A DNA stretch of 64,000 nucleotides, taken from positions 108,748,001 to 108,812,000 of the forward strand of contig OZ024741.1 in assembly GCA_964016885.1 (NCBI GenBank), written 5' to 3'. This stretch comes from Eledone cirrhosa (Eukaryota). This document shows positions 14,300 to 32,615 of the stretch, in pieces. How positions within the stretch are numbered: the stretch's first letter is position 1; every line of letters begins with the position of its first letter. Position numbers and translations under genes: made by a program. The notes beneath the pieces are model-generated. The model was not told the DNA's origin and did not search any database. It saw nothing but the letters and a program-made list of their open reading frames with translations.

Positions 14300-14830
14300 G
14301 AATGTGGCTTTCCTAGTATGGTCTTAGTCCAGCCACATCCTCTTCCTATCCTCGGGCCTTGTTCCCCGGATCTGACTCAGACGCCCTCTCTTCCCACCTG
14401 TAATCTCGTTGATGATCGTCCAGTCTCTTTACACTTACACCTGTCCTCCGCCCACACTACACTGCTCTCTGGCCTCAGGCTCAGCGGTACAGATTTCTTC
14501 CTTCCTCACCCCCACGTTCTTCTTCCTCTTCCCCGTAGAATCAGCATGGAATTGGTCTTTGGCAGCTCTCATGTGTATGCAGAGTTGCCGTCCCTCCTCT
14601 TTCTCTCTCTTCTCGATTCTGCCACTGCAGTGGTGAAGTACCCGTACCGCCTCATCACATTTTCTTTAGTCCCCACATTCTCTCACTTCTGTGCCTCTTC
14701 ATATAGAGCACTTAACCTACTTCTTGCCCGTACTCTGTACATCTCCTGTAAATTATAATCTTCCTTGAAAGTTCTCCAGTCATAGAGAGCTCTCCAGATC
14801 TTAGCCTTACTCTTACTTAAACTCACACCT
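14300..14830 (-). pseudogene. LINE ORF2 remnant, EN-RT linker region (RTE-like, tentative)
   Basis: Manual minus-strand translation WTIINEITGGKRGRLSQIRGTRPEDRKRMWLD; clade uncertain. Confidence 0.5.
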
Positions 14831-14861
14831 TATGTATACATATATACATATATATAAAGTC

Positions 14862-15708
14862 CAAAACAATCAAAGCTATGTTCAAAACATTTTATTGCTG
14901 ACAATCGTTTCTTCCAAACAGCCGTTTGGCTTCATCGGAGCATTGGCAAAGTTTAAACACATAATTAAGTTCCTATTAAACAGAACTGTTTTAAATATAG
15001 TTATCTCACTACATATACATGTCTTAATACTACATTTTTTGTAATTCGCAACAGCTTTACTTCTGCTTAGATTGTTTACTTAATTGCTTATCTGATCCAC
15101 TCTCAACGCATGCACCAACGAAACACAAGTTGCTTCACAATTTTCACCTAATATTCTACCCAGGCATTCTTGACTGCTTAATATGTTCATCCTATTACAC
15201 CAATATTTTGTGATATCTTTGCCATATTATGCTATATATACTTAATATTTTTGCTTTCTTTTCCATGTTATTCTCTATATGCCTGATACCTCTGCACTCT
15301 TACTGTCTATATGCCAATGTACCACTAATGTCCTCCTTTGAGAGTAACCTTCTTTTATAATTCTTTTATAATCTTTATTATACCCATTGCTATAGACCAC
15401 AACAACCTCACTCTCTTTGAATATGCAACAATAACATCAACGTATCTTTATGATTGTTCTGTGGAATAGGAACTTAATTATGTGTTTAAACTTTGCCAAT
15501 GCTCCGATGATTCCAAACGGCTGTTGGGAAGAAATGATTGTCAGCAATAAAATGTATCGAACATAGTTTTGATTGTTTTGAACTTTATATTCCTCCCCTG
15601 TAAGGCATCTGAGGTATTTACATTGAGTTATTTTTCATACTGGTAATAAGGTAGTAAAAAATAAAAAAAAATACTGACCTTTCCTGTTTATAACTATATA
15701 AGTATAAA

Positions 15709-15715
<7 letters not shown>
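14862..15715 (+). mobile_element. Element with ~125 bp inverted pLTR-like arms (14862-14986 / 15456-15590) and 3' tail; HHR with CCGATGA core at 14896-14942 (-) and 15500-15546 (+)
   Basis: tgct-CCGATGA-stem II (ccaaac ggct gtttgg)-GAAA-cgattg-TC-agca; TA-rich flanks. Confidence 0.8.
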
Positions 15716-15769
<54 letters not shown>

Positions 15770-15772
<3 letters not shown>

Positions 15773-16429
15773 AAAAACGAACACAGATATATACATATAT
15801 GTGTTCAAATCGTAAGGAACCAGATTTTTTTTATATTCAATTATAATATACGGCTTGGAAATTCTCTTTCCTAGAGCTATTTTATTGTAAGAGACTATTT
15901 TGAGTTTCTAACTCAATATATACCTTTGATATATTCGGCTCCGTTAATTTGTTGAGCTAATTCAAATGTCGAGTAAACCTGGCTGCTATTTTTAGTGGTG
16001 TGTGTTTGTTAGACACGCTAAGTTCAGATACCATGTGCGTTATTATATATACGCACACTATTCAGTTTTTTTATATACTTAGAAGTGTCCAGGATACTAA
16101 TTCTTCACCCACTGATGAGCAAGAATCGGTATTCCTCTTCACAATTAATTTTGCGAAACATCTGACCAAAGCTGGCTGGGTGATTGGTAGTTACCACAAT
16201 TCCTGTTTGTATTTATTTTCTTGATTTATTCTTAAATTGAGTCTGGCAAGCCCTATTGTCTATAGTTAGTATTCTTTTCACCTTAGCGAATCTGGACCAT
16301 TACGATTTGAATAGATATCGTTCGGCTTTCTTTTATATTCAATTACAATTTACAGCTCGGAAAAATCTCTTTCCTAGAGCTATTTTATTGTAAGAGACTA
16401 TTTTGAGTTTCTAACTCAATATATACCTT

Positions 16430-16432
<3 letters not shown>
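15770..16432 (+). mobile_element. ~500 bp unit with ~105 bp terminal direct repeat and short inverted 5' piece; HHR motif 16105-16183; further partial copy at 59290-59520
   Basis: 15829-15932 repeats at 16331-16432; tcaccca-CTGATGA-gcaaga...ttttgc-GAAA-ca...tg-GC-tgggtga (7 bp stem I, U16.1 mutated). Confidence 0.8.
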
Positions 16433-16460
<28 letters not shown>

Positions 16461-16465
<5 letters not shown>

Positions 16466-17110
16466 CTTTGGGAGGGTCATGTTGCCAATAAGAAACACAC
16501 GCACCAGTTGCTTTCACTTCAATTTATAATGAATTAAATTTATAAATTTATAAATTGCTGGTTCGTTGGTTGGTTCTACAACCAGACGATTGTTCATATA
16601 TTGTCAAGGTTACTTCGTCACACATTCTGTGACCTCTTCAGTGACTGGGGATTCAGTGACTGGGACAAAATGAAAACACACACACAAATAGAACAAACAA
16701 CCAACCAGTAACATGTAAATAAACAAATAAATAAACAAATATAAACACTCACAGACACCCGGATGTAACACATGCGCAAACTAAGCACACAACACACACA
16801 CAAACAAGATGGCGTAGGACAGAACAAAGGAGAGGCACAAAAACAAAGAAAAGAAACGCCAGTCACTGAAGAGGTCACAGAATGTGTGACGAAATATCTT
16901 TGACAATATATGAACAATCGTCTGGTTGTGGAACCAACCAACCAACCGGAAATTTATAAATTTATAAATTTAATTTATAATAAATTGAAGTGAAAGCTAC
17001 TGGTGCGTGTGTTTCTTATTGGCAACATGACCCTCCCAAAGTATAACAATATCGGTTTCAACACACGTTTTCAGATAAAGAATCTTGCTAAACAAATTCA
17101 GAAACGAAAT
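16461..17110 (+). mobile_element. Element with ~185 bp inverted arms and tail; HHR motif 16862-16904; related copy at ~40995-41267
   Basis: 16463-16648 is the reverse complement of 16859-17044; gtca-CTGAAGA-ggtcaca gaatg tgtgac-GAAA-tatc-TT-tgac. Confidence 0.8.
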
Positions 17111-17121
17111 ATATATATATA

Positions 17122-18916
<1,795 letters not shown>

Positions 18917-18950
18917 ATATATCTATATATCTATATATCTATATATATAT

Positions 18951-19308
18951 ATATAAAGAAAAAGGGATAAAATCGAAAATGCAACTGAAGTCTTATTTTT
19001 TTTTTTAAATATATATATTTATTTGGTTCCTTTACCGGTTTCGCAGTTCTTCTGCTTTTCAAAAGGTGAGTTGAGATGGAGGGTCTGTGGTTTTTCTCAC
19101 AGAAAAACCACAGACCCTCCATCTCAACTCACCTTTTGAAAAGCAGAAGAACTGCGAAACCGGTAAAGGAACCAAATAAATATATATATTTTTTTTTTTA
19201 AATAAGACTTCAGTTGCATTTTCGATTTCATCCCTTTTTCTTTATACTTCCACTCGTGTAGGACACCTCGGTTATTTTTCATTTTGTAAAAAAAAACTCA
19301 CTTTCTAA
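18951..19308 (+). mobile_element. Solo fold-back pLTR (same family as 11848-14064): palindrome 18951-19246 plus ~60 bp tail; HHRs 19029-19066 (-) and 19132-19169 (+)
   Basis: cctt-TTGAAAA-gcag aagaa ctgc-GAAA-ccgg-TA-aagg; (TA)n flanks. Confidence 0.9.
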
Positions 19309-20719
19309 TATATATATATATATAAAGAATTGTGCGACAAAATTATATCTGTATATATTCAGAGTGGGTAACATAGACTGCGTTTATGTGTGTATAGATA
19401 TAGACATGTTTTATATGTCGATACGTAAAGACGGCAGAAAATACTAAATTCGCTGTAAATTGAAAAACGGATTTAAACAATTTTAATCGATTTTCGGAAT
19501 TAGTTGGGACTTTATAAGAAGGTGCGTATATCGTCGAAACAACTAGAAGTAAATACGCATTTCTTATTTGTAATATTCTGAAGTGGACGTACTATTTCCC
19601 ATATAATTAGTGCACATGTTGATATACTAAGAAATTTGTTAAGCTGCCGAAGTGTACGATACATTTATGTCTGTACATTTCCAGAGTAGCTAACGAGACT
19701 GCGACAATGTGTATATAAATATACACATTTTTAATACGTAGACATGTAAATATGTAAACACGACGGCACTTGTTTTAAATTATATGCACATAGAACATTC
19801 CTCCCATCCAGAGAATAATTATAAATTTACCGTTAATATTCATTACGACATTTGTAAGTATGATTTTGCTTGGAAAATATTGACAGGTAACGATGTTCCC
19901 GACGGATGGAATCTCGAGTGGAATTGATAGGGTGAAATATTTCATCTGACATCTGCTGTGGAGATCGATTTACACCATCTTCCCACCGAGGGCTATAATT
20001 TAGTCTTGTACATGAGATCGAATATATCCCTCCCATCAACTCAACCCCGTCTAATTTAAAATCGAATATGCCATTTCATAGTTTCGAACGAGGTAATGAA
20101 AGAGGCAACCAAACAGAACTATCCAGTAGCACAGAAATTATCGCATATTATAACAGTTTACCGATCTTAGAATGGAATATACTGTGAAGAAATACTATTT
20201 TCGGTTAAAAGTCGACGCTATAAATTTTCTTATCTTGTGTTAAGTTGCATAGGTCTTGTTTAACAGTGAGGCATATATGCGATAACTTCATCAAGTGAAT
20301 ATATTTGGAACATAAAAGCGTATTATATAAATCCTCAATAAACATTAACTTTTGATTTCCAAAGTAATTCCAATGCTACTGGCCAGACATCTTTGCAAGT
20401 AAAATGTAAAATGCTAAAAAGAAAGTAGAATATTCATTGTCTGGGTAAAATAAAAACGAAAACAATAAATATGGAGATGTTCAGGTCTCCGTGCAGTCTG
20501 TCAGGAAAAAAATGAAGAATGAATGTACTGTTTGTTCGGTTTCTGCTATACACTGTTATGTTACAGGATTAAAATATAGTAAGTATAATAAAGATATTAT
20601 GTGAGAAACTTCTAACGCCATACACACATGACCACTCACATTCATATGGATAACATGATTTATACATATGGGCATATCTATTATATGTATAAATAATATT
20701 TATATATATGCAGATATAT

Positions 20720-21534
<815 letters not shown>

Positions 21535-21535
<1 letters not shown>

Positions 21536-23400
21536 TAATAAAAACAATGAATAAAACAAAGAACAAGTTCCTTATATTAAAAAATTCATCATTTCACGAT
21601 CGTTTCTAGGATATATATGTGTGTTGGTATGTATATCATATAGATCTATGTAAAAAGTTTACAAACTATCAGAGGAAATATACATACCCTCACATATATA
21701 TGCTGTCTTCAGAAATAATGATATTTGTTTATTGAAAAAAACCCACAAAGATTTAATATAATAGGTCTGTTTGGAACAGGTTTTGAATTGACCAATAGAA
21801 AAGTAGTAAGAGATCAAGTTGATAGAATAGTAGTAGTAGAAATATAATTTAGGGGTAGAGGAATTTAGACATAAGTTTTGAATGGAAAGAATACTTTGAA
21901 TGAAAAGAATACTTTGGGGATGAAAAGAGGTCTAGCCGGTGAAGGTACACGAACATTTGATGCTATTAAAGAATAATGTTAATGTTAAAACCGAAGGAGA
22001 ATAAAATTTTAGGGTAAAGGTGTTAGTGAGAAATACCAATCTTATTTAAACCAAAAGGAATCTAGATCTATAACAAGAAATTAAATTAATTGATAGGTAT
22101 ACTTATAGGGATACATTTATATTAATTCATATGGATGTGATAAATAAGAATTAGATGTTATTAAAGAATGTTGTTAAAAACGAAGGAAAATAAAATTTTG
22201 GGATAAATGTAGTAGTGAGAAATACCAATCTTATATAGACTACAAGGAATCTAGATTCATAACAGGAAATTAAATTAATTTATATGTATACTTTTAGGTA
22301 TTAATTTTAGGAAAAGAGAGCTGTAAGAGGGAAATAAAATTATGAAGTTCTCTGTAGTAAAGTAGTAATTATAGGTTAACTAAATTAAAAAAATTAATTA
22401 TAATAATATGTAAAATAAAAGTGTAAGGTGTATATTAATTAGGTTTATAATATTTGAAAGTTCTTCTAATGCTATGATTGGAAGATATAATTAATTCTTG
22501 TCGCTTATTTAATAGGATATCCTTAGATTTCATTATTTCAAAAAGTTCCTGGGAGCATAATCTACACTCATGTCTGTTATTTTGATCAGGGGTGGCCCTT
22601 TTGAGCACACTCCAGGTCAGGTTGTAATCGATATTCTTTTTTCTATAATTATTAATTGTTTCAGCCAATGATGTTGTATTAGCTCATGCAGCATTTTTAA
22701 AACTATGTTTGTGGGTATTAAATCTTACTTTAAATTGGTTAAACGTATCTCCTATATATGAATAGGTTGAATCCTTAGTGCTAATTTTACATTTATATAC
22801 TATGTTATTAATAAGAGAATTTCCCTTTAATGGGCAATTTCTTTTGTTTCTATAGTTACAACAATTCGTGAATATTATATCAGGGAGTTAGTCAAATTTG
22901 GTGTGGAATTTACTCGACGTTATATGTGAAGGAGATGGTGGTTTGTTGCGGTTTATTTTAGTATTATGTTTGGTTTGATGTGTTGGTGGTATATTCGTGA
23001 TTTCTTTACATTTATATGCATTGTACCCACTTATATTTTGTTGTATATTTTTGGTAGTGGAATAGGAAAATTTGACAGTTGGTCTATTTAAAATTTGATG
23101 GTATATATGGTTTGGCGGGAAGTTTTTCTCTAGGATAGTAACAAATATTTTAGGGATATTATCATTAATTTGTAGATTAAATGGAGCATGATACCAAGTA
23201 ACTCGTCTATTACGGTTTCGATGTTGTTTTTTATATTTATACGATGTATCAGGATGTTTACTAAGAGAATTAGTATATATCTTGACTGTTTTCTTGTGAT
23301 TTTCATCGAAAATCTTTGAATGCATCTTCTCTTTTCATGATATTTGGATTACATTGAGTTCTTCATACGGATTGGACACTACCGTATATCTTGGTAGATT
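21535..23400 (-). mobile_element. Decayed Naiad-like PLE: ORF remnant 22435-23325, long-stem-II HHR motif downstream at 21587-21720
   Basis: RNRRVTWYHAPFN...VKFSYS; CNYRNKRNCPL.GN...IVYKC...YIGDT...FKVRFNTH; CRLCSQE; cattattt-CTGAAGA-long hairpin-GAAA-cgatcg-TG-aaatgatg. Confidence 0.88.
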
Positions 23401-23411
23401 TCTCTCTCTCA

Positions 23412-25540
<2,129 letters not shown>

Positions 25541-25542
<2 letters not shown>

Positions 25543-25740
25543 CGATGGAGGTATGATAAGGAACCAGATGGACCATAATGCACCGGAGTACTCAATACTT
25601 AGGGCTGTAGAGTGGGTAATAGGAAAACGTTTAACCCCAACGGCAGAGTTCAAGCCCTCAGACGGCTATTTCTGAAATTTCCAGAAATAGCCGTCGAAAC
25701 GGCTTTAACTCTGTCGTCGGGGTTAAATTTTTAACCCTGT
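25541..25740 (-). mobile_element. Short tailed fold-back family; other copies at 26691-26880, 34288-34428 and 58852-59053
   Basis: Shared gtggtaaggaaccag.tggaccataacgcaccagagtactcaatactta; fold-back next to a GAAA-cgg-TC-like half-hammerhead. Confidence 0.8.
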
Positions 25741-25789
25741 ATATATATACATATACAGGATGTGCCCCCAAAATGTATACATACTTTGA

Positions 25790-26652
25790 TTAGAATCCTC
25801 GTCGAATATTCTAACCATGGAGCTAAACGACCTCTGACAACACATTCCGTCTAAATTAGAGGCTCTATCAACGGCTTTGGTTCAAACAACAGTCTATGTA
25901 ATCTATTGAAGTTTCTATCATCGAAATTATTTTTAAAATCGTATCCTGATCAGCAAATACTCGAGGAATCGGTGACAGAACATTGAAGATTCGTTAATTT
26001 ATCATCAGTGACATTCACTCAACCGGTACTGGCATGGAAATAGTCTAGAGTCTATATAGACTTTGCATAAGCATTAGCTGGCGATGCTCATTTGCATATA
26101 GCAAATAGAAAACATCGGCTGGAATCAGTGCTGTCTATGATTCTCGACTGCCACAAACATATCTGTTGTGTTTTCACAGAGCAAAGGGGAGAAAAATAAT
26201 TTTTTATAAGAACGATATTTTCACTTTAATAAGGAGGCTCCCATAGGTTTATTGTATATAAATATATAGTATATGGTTTCATATATAACCAAATTATTCT
26301 TAACGTTGTCTTAATGCTACTGCCAACTAATAATAACCAGTCAAGTTCGCACTATAGGCACACGAACGTTTCAAGCCAATATTTTCTATTTGCTTTCTGC
26401 AAATGAGTATTTTCATTGTATCCCCCCTAGTCTATGTTCATTTAAATATCTGTTGAATGAATATTACTGATGATAGATTAACGAATCATGCAATTATGCT
26501 GTCTGGCATTCTCGAATGGTACTGACATATCTTTGGCATTTTCACAGACCACGAAAAATGTCTTCTTTGACAGCGAGTCTCTCATACGTTTATTGTATAG
26601 TACATGTATTTATATGCAGCCCATTATACCTATCCCTATCTTAATTCTACTG

Positions 26653-26655
<3 letters not shown>
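25790..26655. mobile_element. Diverged ~0.9 kb non-coding repeat with nested internal inverted repeats; second copy ~39955-40925
   Basis: gtcgaatattctaaccatggagctaaacgacctctgac... shared; internal IRs such as gctcatttgcata.../...tgcaaatgag. Confidence 0.75.
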
Positions 26656-26691
<36 letters not shown>

Positions 26692-27128
26692 AAACAAAGA
26701 AAGTGTGGTAAGGAACCAGGTGGACCATAACGCATCAGAGTGCTCGATACTTAAGTTAGTAGAGTGGGTAATAGGAAAAGTGTCAGGACCCCATTTCCTA
26801 TTACAGACTCTACTACCCTAAGTATCGAGTACTCTGGTGCGTTATGTTCCACCTGGTTCCTTAATACACTTCCTTCGTTATATATATATACACACATATA
26901 TATATCCAAGAGTAAAGTGTCAATGTGTTTCAACAATCCGCAGATAGAACGAATCTATATATCCAAGGTGTATTCCATAGGGCAAATGAATCCAAAATAT
27001 TGTATGAGTATAAGGTCATTGAGCATTAAATATAATAAATAGTAAATCCATGCTGTCGGACGGAATTTACATTTTCATTTTTCTTGCTTGCTTTTTTACA
27101 AATAAAATAAAATACAATGTTTTATTTA

Positions 27129-27257
<129 letters not shown>

Positions 27258-27493
27258 TGTATGTGTGCATGTGTGTGTGCGTGCATGTGTTTTGTGTTCA
27301 TGTGTGAATCTCAATATTTATTTAATATTATCATTTTAAAGTGTTAAATGCATTAAGTATAACATTTTTACGACCATTTTCAGTCCAGATTCTCCAATAT
27401 ATTCTGAAACTACATTGCCCAGGATACTTGGATATATATATGTCATTTTAATCACAAAATTGCAGCAAAATCCAATAATATTAAGACACCCTA

Positions 27494-28263
27494 ATGGGGG
27501 TTAAACTCCCTACAGTGAAGTTTTGGCTAATAAATGGAACAAGGTGTGTTGTAACAGGATTGCATGAAAACTTGATTGAAGCAACTATTATATTCGGGGC
27601 TTACAAAGGTCAAGCTGTTCTCCTTCCGAGGATTCCATTGATAACAAGTGATAGCGTGTTGCCTTTCACATTTAAGAGACTGCAGTTCCCAGTGAGGCTA
27701 TGCTTAGCCATGAGCATCAATAAGTGTTTGTCCTTGACAAGGTCAAACATTCAAAACTATTGGTATATATCTGACACACCCATGTTTCAGTCATGGCATG
27801 TTTTATGTGGCTGTTTCAATGACTGGAACTACAAAAAATTTCTACATTTTAGCCAATCAAAGAAAGACAAGAAATGTTGTTTACCCTGAAATTCTTCATT
27901 AGGACACAGTATGAAATATATGTTCATGTATTTATTATGTTAAAAAATAAATAATTAATATTTGAATTTCTAATTTGGAAATAATGCTTTACACAAAAAT
28001 GAAATGATCAAGTTTTGAATGGATATCTTGAAAAAAATTATTTAAAAGAAACAAAAAAAAGAATAAGAATTAATAATGTAATTTTGATTTGATATATTAC
28101 AAAAAATAATGTTTTCCAATTTTTCATGCATTACATTTTACATTGAGTAATATTGAAATGCAGAGTTTTTCTCCATGAATTATATCACTGATTTAAAATC
28201 AATCATCATTTTCTTACAAAAAAAAATGTGTGAAACGCAGCAAGACGTGGGTAATTCGGCTAG
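27494..28263 (+). mobile_element. Helitron 3' remnant: PIF1-like helicase C-terminus plus 3' hairpin-CTAG end
   Basis: LINGTR...LLPRIPL...LPFTFKRLQFPVRLCLAMSINK; decayed hairpin then CTAG at 28260-28263 followed by T. Confidence 0.9.
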
Positions 28264-28299
28264 TATATATTTATATGTACATACATATATACATATATT

Positions 28300-29090
28300 A
28301 TTATACTTGGGGAGGGTTATTGTTATAATATTGCCAGAAATAATAGCAGAACACACTCACGGTTTGGTTGGGTTGGTTTTCGCTTCTGTATCTTTTATAT
28401 CTCCATAGTTAATTTGTTTGGCAATTAATGTTTATTATTGATTGACCAACGGTGAAAAATACAAAAATAATTATATATATATAGTCTATGAAAGTTCTTT
28501 CGTCACCCATCTGCGACATCATCAGTGGTACTATTATGTTTCTTCCCATTGTATTGTAAAGACCATGCCATTTTAATTTTATGTATTTATTTATTTCTTC
28601 TTGTCTCTGTCTCTGCGCAAACGTTTGCGTGTGTGTTTAATGTTTGGTGTGTTTGTTCGCGTTTGAATGTATGTGTTTTTGTTTTTGTGTTCTATCTTTG
28701 TTCACTAGTGTATGTTTATATGTGTTTGTTGTTCTTGTACTATATATTTGTACGTATATATTTATATATTTATTTATTTATTTATTTACATTTCCCTTCA
28801 GTCAGTATTGCTTGTTTGCGTATGATTGTTGTTATTCCATTCATTTTTTTTCTGTTTAATGTTGGTCTTCTAAGCTCTATTTCAGTTACTTCTCTGGTTT
28901 GCCTTCCTGTTTAGTCATCTCTATGCTTAGATATTATTTTAATTTCTATGTTGTCTGTATTACCGTCATGTCTTTGTCTGGCGTGTTCATATAGTACTGA
29001 ACGGTTGTTTTTTTTTTGTCCTTTTATTTCCCTCCACTGTTGGTTTATTCTTTCTCCTATGCTTAGAACTGTCTCACCTATGTATGTCAT
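28300..29090 (-). mobile_element. PLE 3' remnant: GIY-YIG C-terminus plus pLTR with HHR motif (~28488-28530)
   Basis: YIGETVLSIGERINQQ...LYEHARQRH...IELRRPTLNRK; CTGATGA-tgtcgc agatgg gtgac-GAAA-gaac-TT; end resembles the 16461 family. Confidence 0.82.
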
Positions 29091-29401
29091 ATATACATAC
29101 ATATATATGTATATAGCTATAAACTTACGCACACATCCATGTCAGCATATATGTATACATATTTACATCAATATATAATTACGCACAAATATCTATAATA
29201 TTATAAAGCTGAGTGTCTGTGTATTATGTGTATCCTACACACCTCCCTATAGTTTGTTAGCTTTACTGTCTCCGTCGCTGTTCTCCCTCTCTATAATTTA
29301 ACTGCTTTACTCTCTCTGTCGCTCTTCACTCTCAAATATTGTAAAGTTGAGCGTCGTCTCTCCGTCGCTCTTCCTTCTCTCTATAATAGATAATTCCTCC
29401 T

Positions 29402-29601
29402 NNNNNNNNNNNNNNNNNNNNNNNNNNNNNNNNNNNNNNNNNNNNNNNNNNNNNNNNNNNNNNNNNNNNNNNNNNNNNNNNNNNNNNNNNNNNNNNNNNN
29501 NNNNNNNNNNNNNNNNNNNNNNNNNNNNNNNNNNNNNNNNNNNNNNNNNNNNNNNNNNNNNNNNNNNNNNNNNNNNNNNNNNNNNNNNNNNNNNNNNNNN
29601 N
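29402..29601. other. Assembly gap (200 N)
   Basis: Run of n. Confidence 1.
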
Positions 29602-29884
29602 TTGGATTTTTATGGAATTACAGATAATTTCCTTATTGTAAATTATAAAATACACCTGATCTGAATCATACGGGATTTCAGCGAAAACAACCAGTCAGAT
29701 GCCCAATGAAATAATATACACATAATACAACTGTTTTATATTGTATTCAGAAAGTGATATCTTAGATATTATATTCTATATCGACTTTCGTCGTTTACTT
29801 ATATATTTTAGAGCCATATTCTTATTTTACCTGAATTACAGAAATTAAAAATACACAATGTAAAGAATCATAAATAGACATACC

Positions 29885-29965
<81 letters not shown>

Positions 29966-30565
29966 GAAAGTCTGTATACATTTTTGGGGACACCATATAT
30001 ATATATTTATATATATATATATATAGTTTTTTCGTTGCTCTGGTATTGTATGTTAGGTTTTGCCTACCACAATGTTCAATTTGTCAAGCTATTTAAACGT
30101 ATGTTGTTACTCTAATTGAGTGCTTTGCTAACTCATTCATATTGTAGGTCGACTTTGCTTGCCCACAGCCAAAGCTTCGATTTTACTAAGCGTCCACATG
30201 TATATATACATATATATTATAAGAAGTCGAGACCCGACAGCTGATTTTTTGCCATTTCAACAACTAGTTCCAGACTAATTGCCGAAGGGCTTGGCGTTTT
30301 ACTGTCTGTATTTTCAGGGGTGTGATTTGTCCAAATAATGGCATACATAACTTACCCAATTGTAAATTCTCCTCATATAAGTGCTGATTATTTTATGGGC
30401 ATGGAGTGGTTGTGTGTGTATATATCAGGCTTAATGTGTGTTTATATGCATATGTGCGTCCATGTGCATATCCAAGGGTATCTGCCTGGTCGACTTGAGA
30501 TAGAATTATCTTGGAGAGGGGGTGGAATTATATTTATAAAGAAATGTGTGTGTATGTGTGTGTGT

Positions 30566-30604
<39 letters not shown>

Positions 30605-31633
30605 TGTGCGTGTGGTTCTTCCCCCTGGCAGATAAAAGGTCTATGGAAATGGAATCACACCTAGCAGTAGATCGCCCTAATCAAAGAATTGACCAAATTC
30701 ACCGATTGGCAAATTAAATGCATCTGTCAACGGAGTGATGACTTATTTATTAGATATCTGAAAAACAAGGAACAACCAGCCGGTGTTATTAATGTTTAAT
30801 CTAGTAGGCTCTTTGGTCCAGGTTTATTTACTAAGCTAGCACTTAAATTAACTTAAATTACGGTTAGGAATGTAGATTTGATTTACTTAAGAAATCCACA
30901 TTTCGTGGTACTACGGAGTTGTTGTGGTGATTATATTTCATGTATTCATGTATTTATAGTGGAATAGATGGATTGGGTGATTACTATGTATTATGTAATG
31001 TAATGGGCCTATGTATTTCTTGGGTACATATGTGTGTTCCAAGGCGAATCGTGGGGGCTGTCGTCATGCAATTAGCTATTGATATATATATATAATAGCG
31101 GGCTAGGGTTGGTTTTGTCGTAAAAAATGTTGTGGTACGTACCTATTTAGGCGTAAGTGTATGGGAATGAAGGGGTCAGTGTGCAGCTTGGGTAGGTGCA
31201 AGATAAGCCTCTTATCTACTGGTTTAAGGTGCTATTACTTTTGTTTTGTCAAATGACGGTATGTGTGTTTTGGTGTGACACTTTCGTCTGAAATGCTTCA
31301 ATAAGAAGGCTATTTGGGCCTGCTGATATAGTTTCTGTTGTGTTGTGTTCCTTTTTGCGTAAGCGCTTTTTATGTTATTTTTTCTGGGCGCTATTAGGGT
31401 CTGCTATTGAATTTTGTGTGGAGTTATGCTCGTTTGTGCGTATGTGCCGTGTAGACCTAGGTATGTATTTGCCACTGTAGAAGAAACACCCGAATCAATA
31501 GCAATGAAATAGCCCCGACAACAGCACCAGATAGTATTAACAGTAGAGCCGACAATATAGAACTGAACATTTCAGTAAGCGAACGGCGTAACCGCGAGAC
31601 GCACGGTAGATATAGATAGCGGTAACATAGAGG

Positions 31634-32615
31634 ATGAACTACCGAGTAGACACAACTCGGGAGGGACACCTGACCCAAAACATATTAGCACTACTACACA
31701 CAGACTACGGAATAGGTCAAGGTCTAAGACCATTACATAGTTTAACGCACCGTATTCGAAGCATGTATGCAGCAACGTACCAGGCCTCTTCTTCCGAGCG
31801 TTGGATGAGTGCTTCCCGCCGTCGAACAGATACCACAGGATATTCAACCGCCACACAGTGAAGTTCTCCTTCTCCACCGCATATAGCATGGCCAAAACCA
31901 ACGCAGTGAAGTTGGCGAAACTCGACCGCCAACAGCGGCAGTCGGCTGACGGTCCTGCGGAGCACGGAGGGCCGCTTGCAGACAGTGTTTCCAAGTATAG
32001 TCCAGTCCCCACACCGGCAGCCACACACGCGGAAGACGCTGTAATCGAATGCCAGGCGGAACTGAATGACGGAGGGGAGCCCACCGCACCGACAGAACAA
32101 CACCCAGAGAATCGGGGGAATGCCGTAGTAGGCCCAGGGCTCAGCGTAAGAGATGAGCAACATAACGACCGAACATGCAACTGTAGGGCGGGCACACAAT
32201 GCCCTCTTCGGGGAAGATGCCTAACGAAGGGCCTAGTATATAAATGGTAGGTTAACACGCACAACACTAAGCGCACCTACAACGGCGCAACGTCCACGAC
32301 ATTTAAATCGTGGATGTATAATCACACAAACTCTTTCAAGGACCGGATCAAGAGACACTCCACTAGGCTGGCGGAGCTAATATGGGACTTGAAAGACAAC
32401 GGCACCCCCGTATGATCTCAACTGGAGTATCGTTCGACATGCAAATGCCTATTCGGCTGGAGAGAGGAAATGTAGGCTATGCTTATCCGAGGCCATGGAG
32501 ATAGTGAGATTAAAGGATGATGGGGTCAACCTGAAATTGGAGATTTTCATGGCGTGCAGACACCAGAGAAGGTGCACACTCTCCGCATGGACACCATCGG
32601 ACGGCCCAAGCTAAA
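31634..32615 (+). pseudogene. Naiad-like PLE ORF remnant (thumb, Cys linker, GIY-YIG)
   Basis: FPPSNRYHRIFNRHTVKFSFS; CNCRAGTQCPLRGRCL..GLVY; HSTRLAELIWDLK; KCRLCLSE; ACRH. Confidence 0.9.

Noticed and set aside
19833-20160. Higher-complexity stretch as a host exon
   Set aside because: Frames I checked are short or stopped and show no recognisable protein motif; a small exon cannot be excluded without RNA-seq
30220-30325. Possible minus-strand hammerhead (CTGAAAA...GAAC tag TT)
   Set aside because: Too many core mismatches and no convincing stem I
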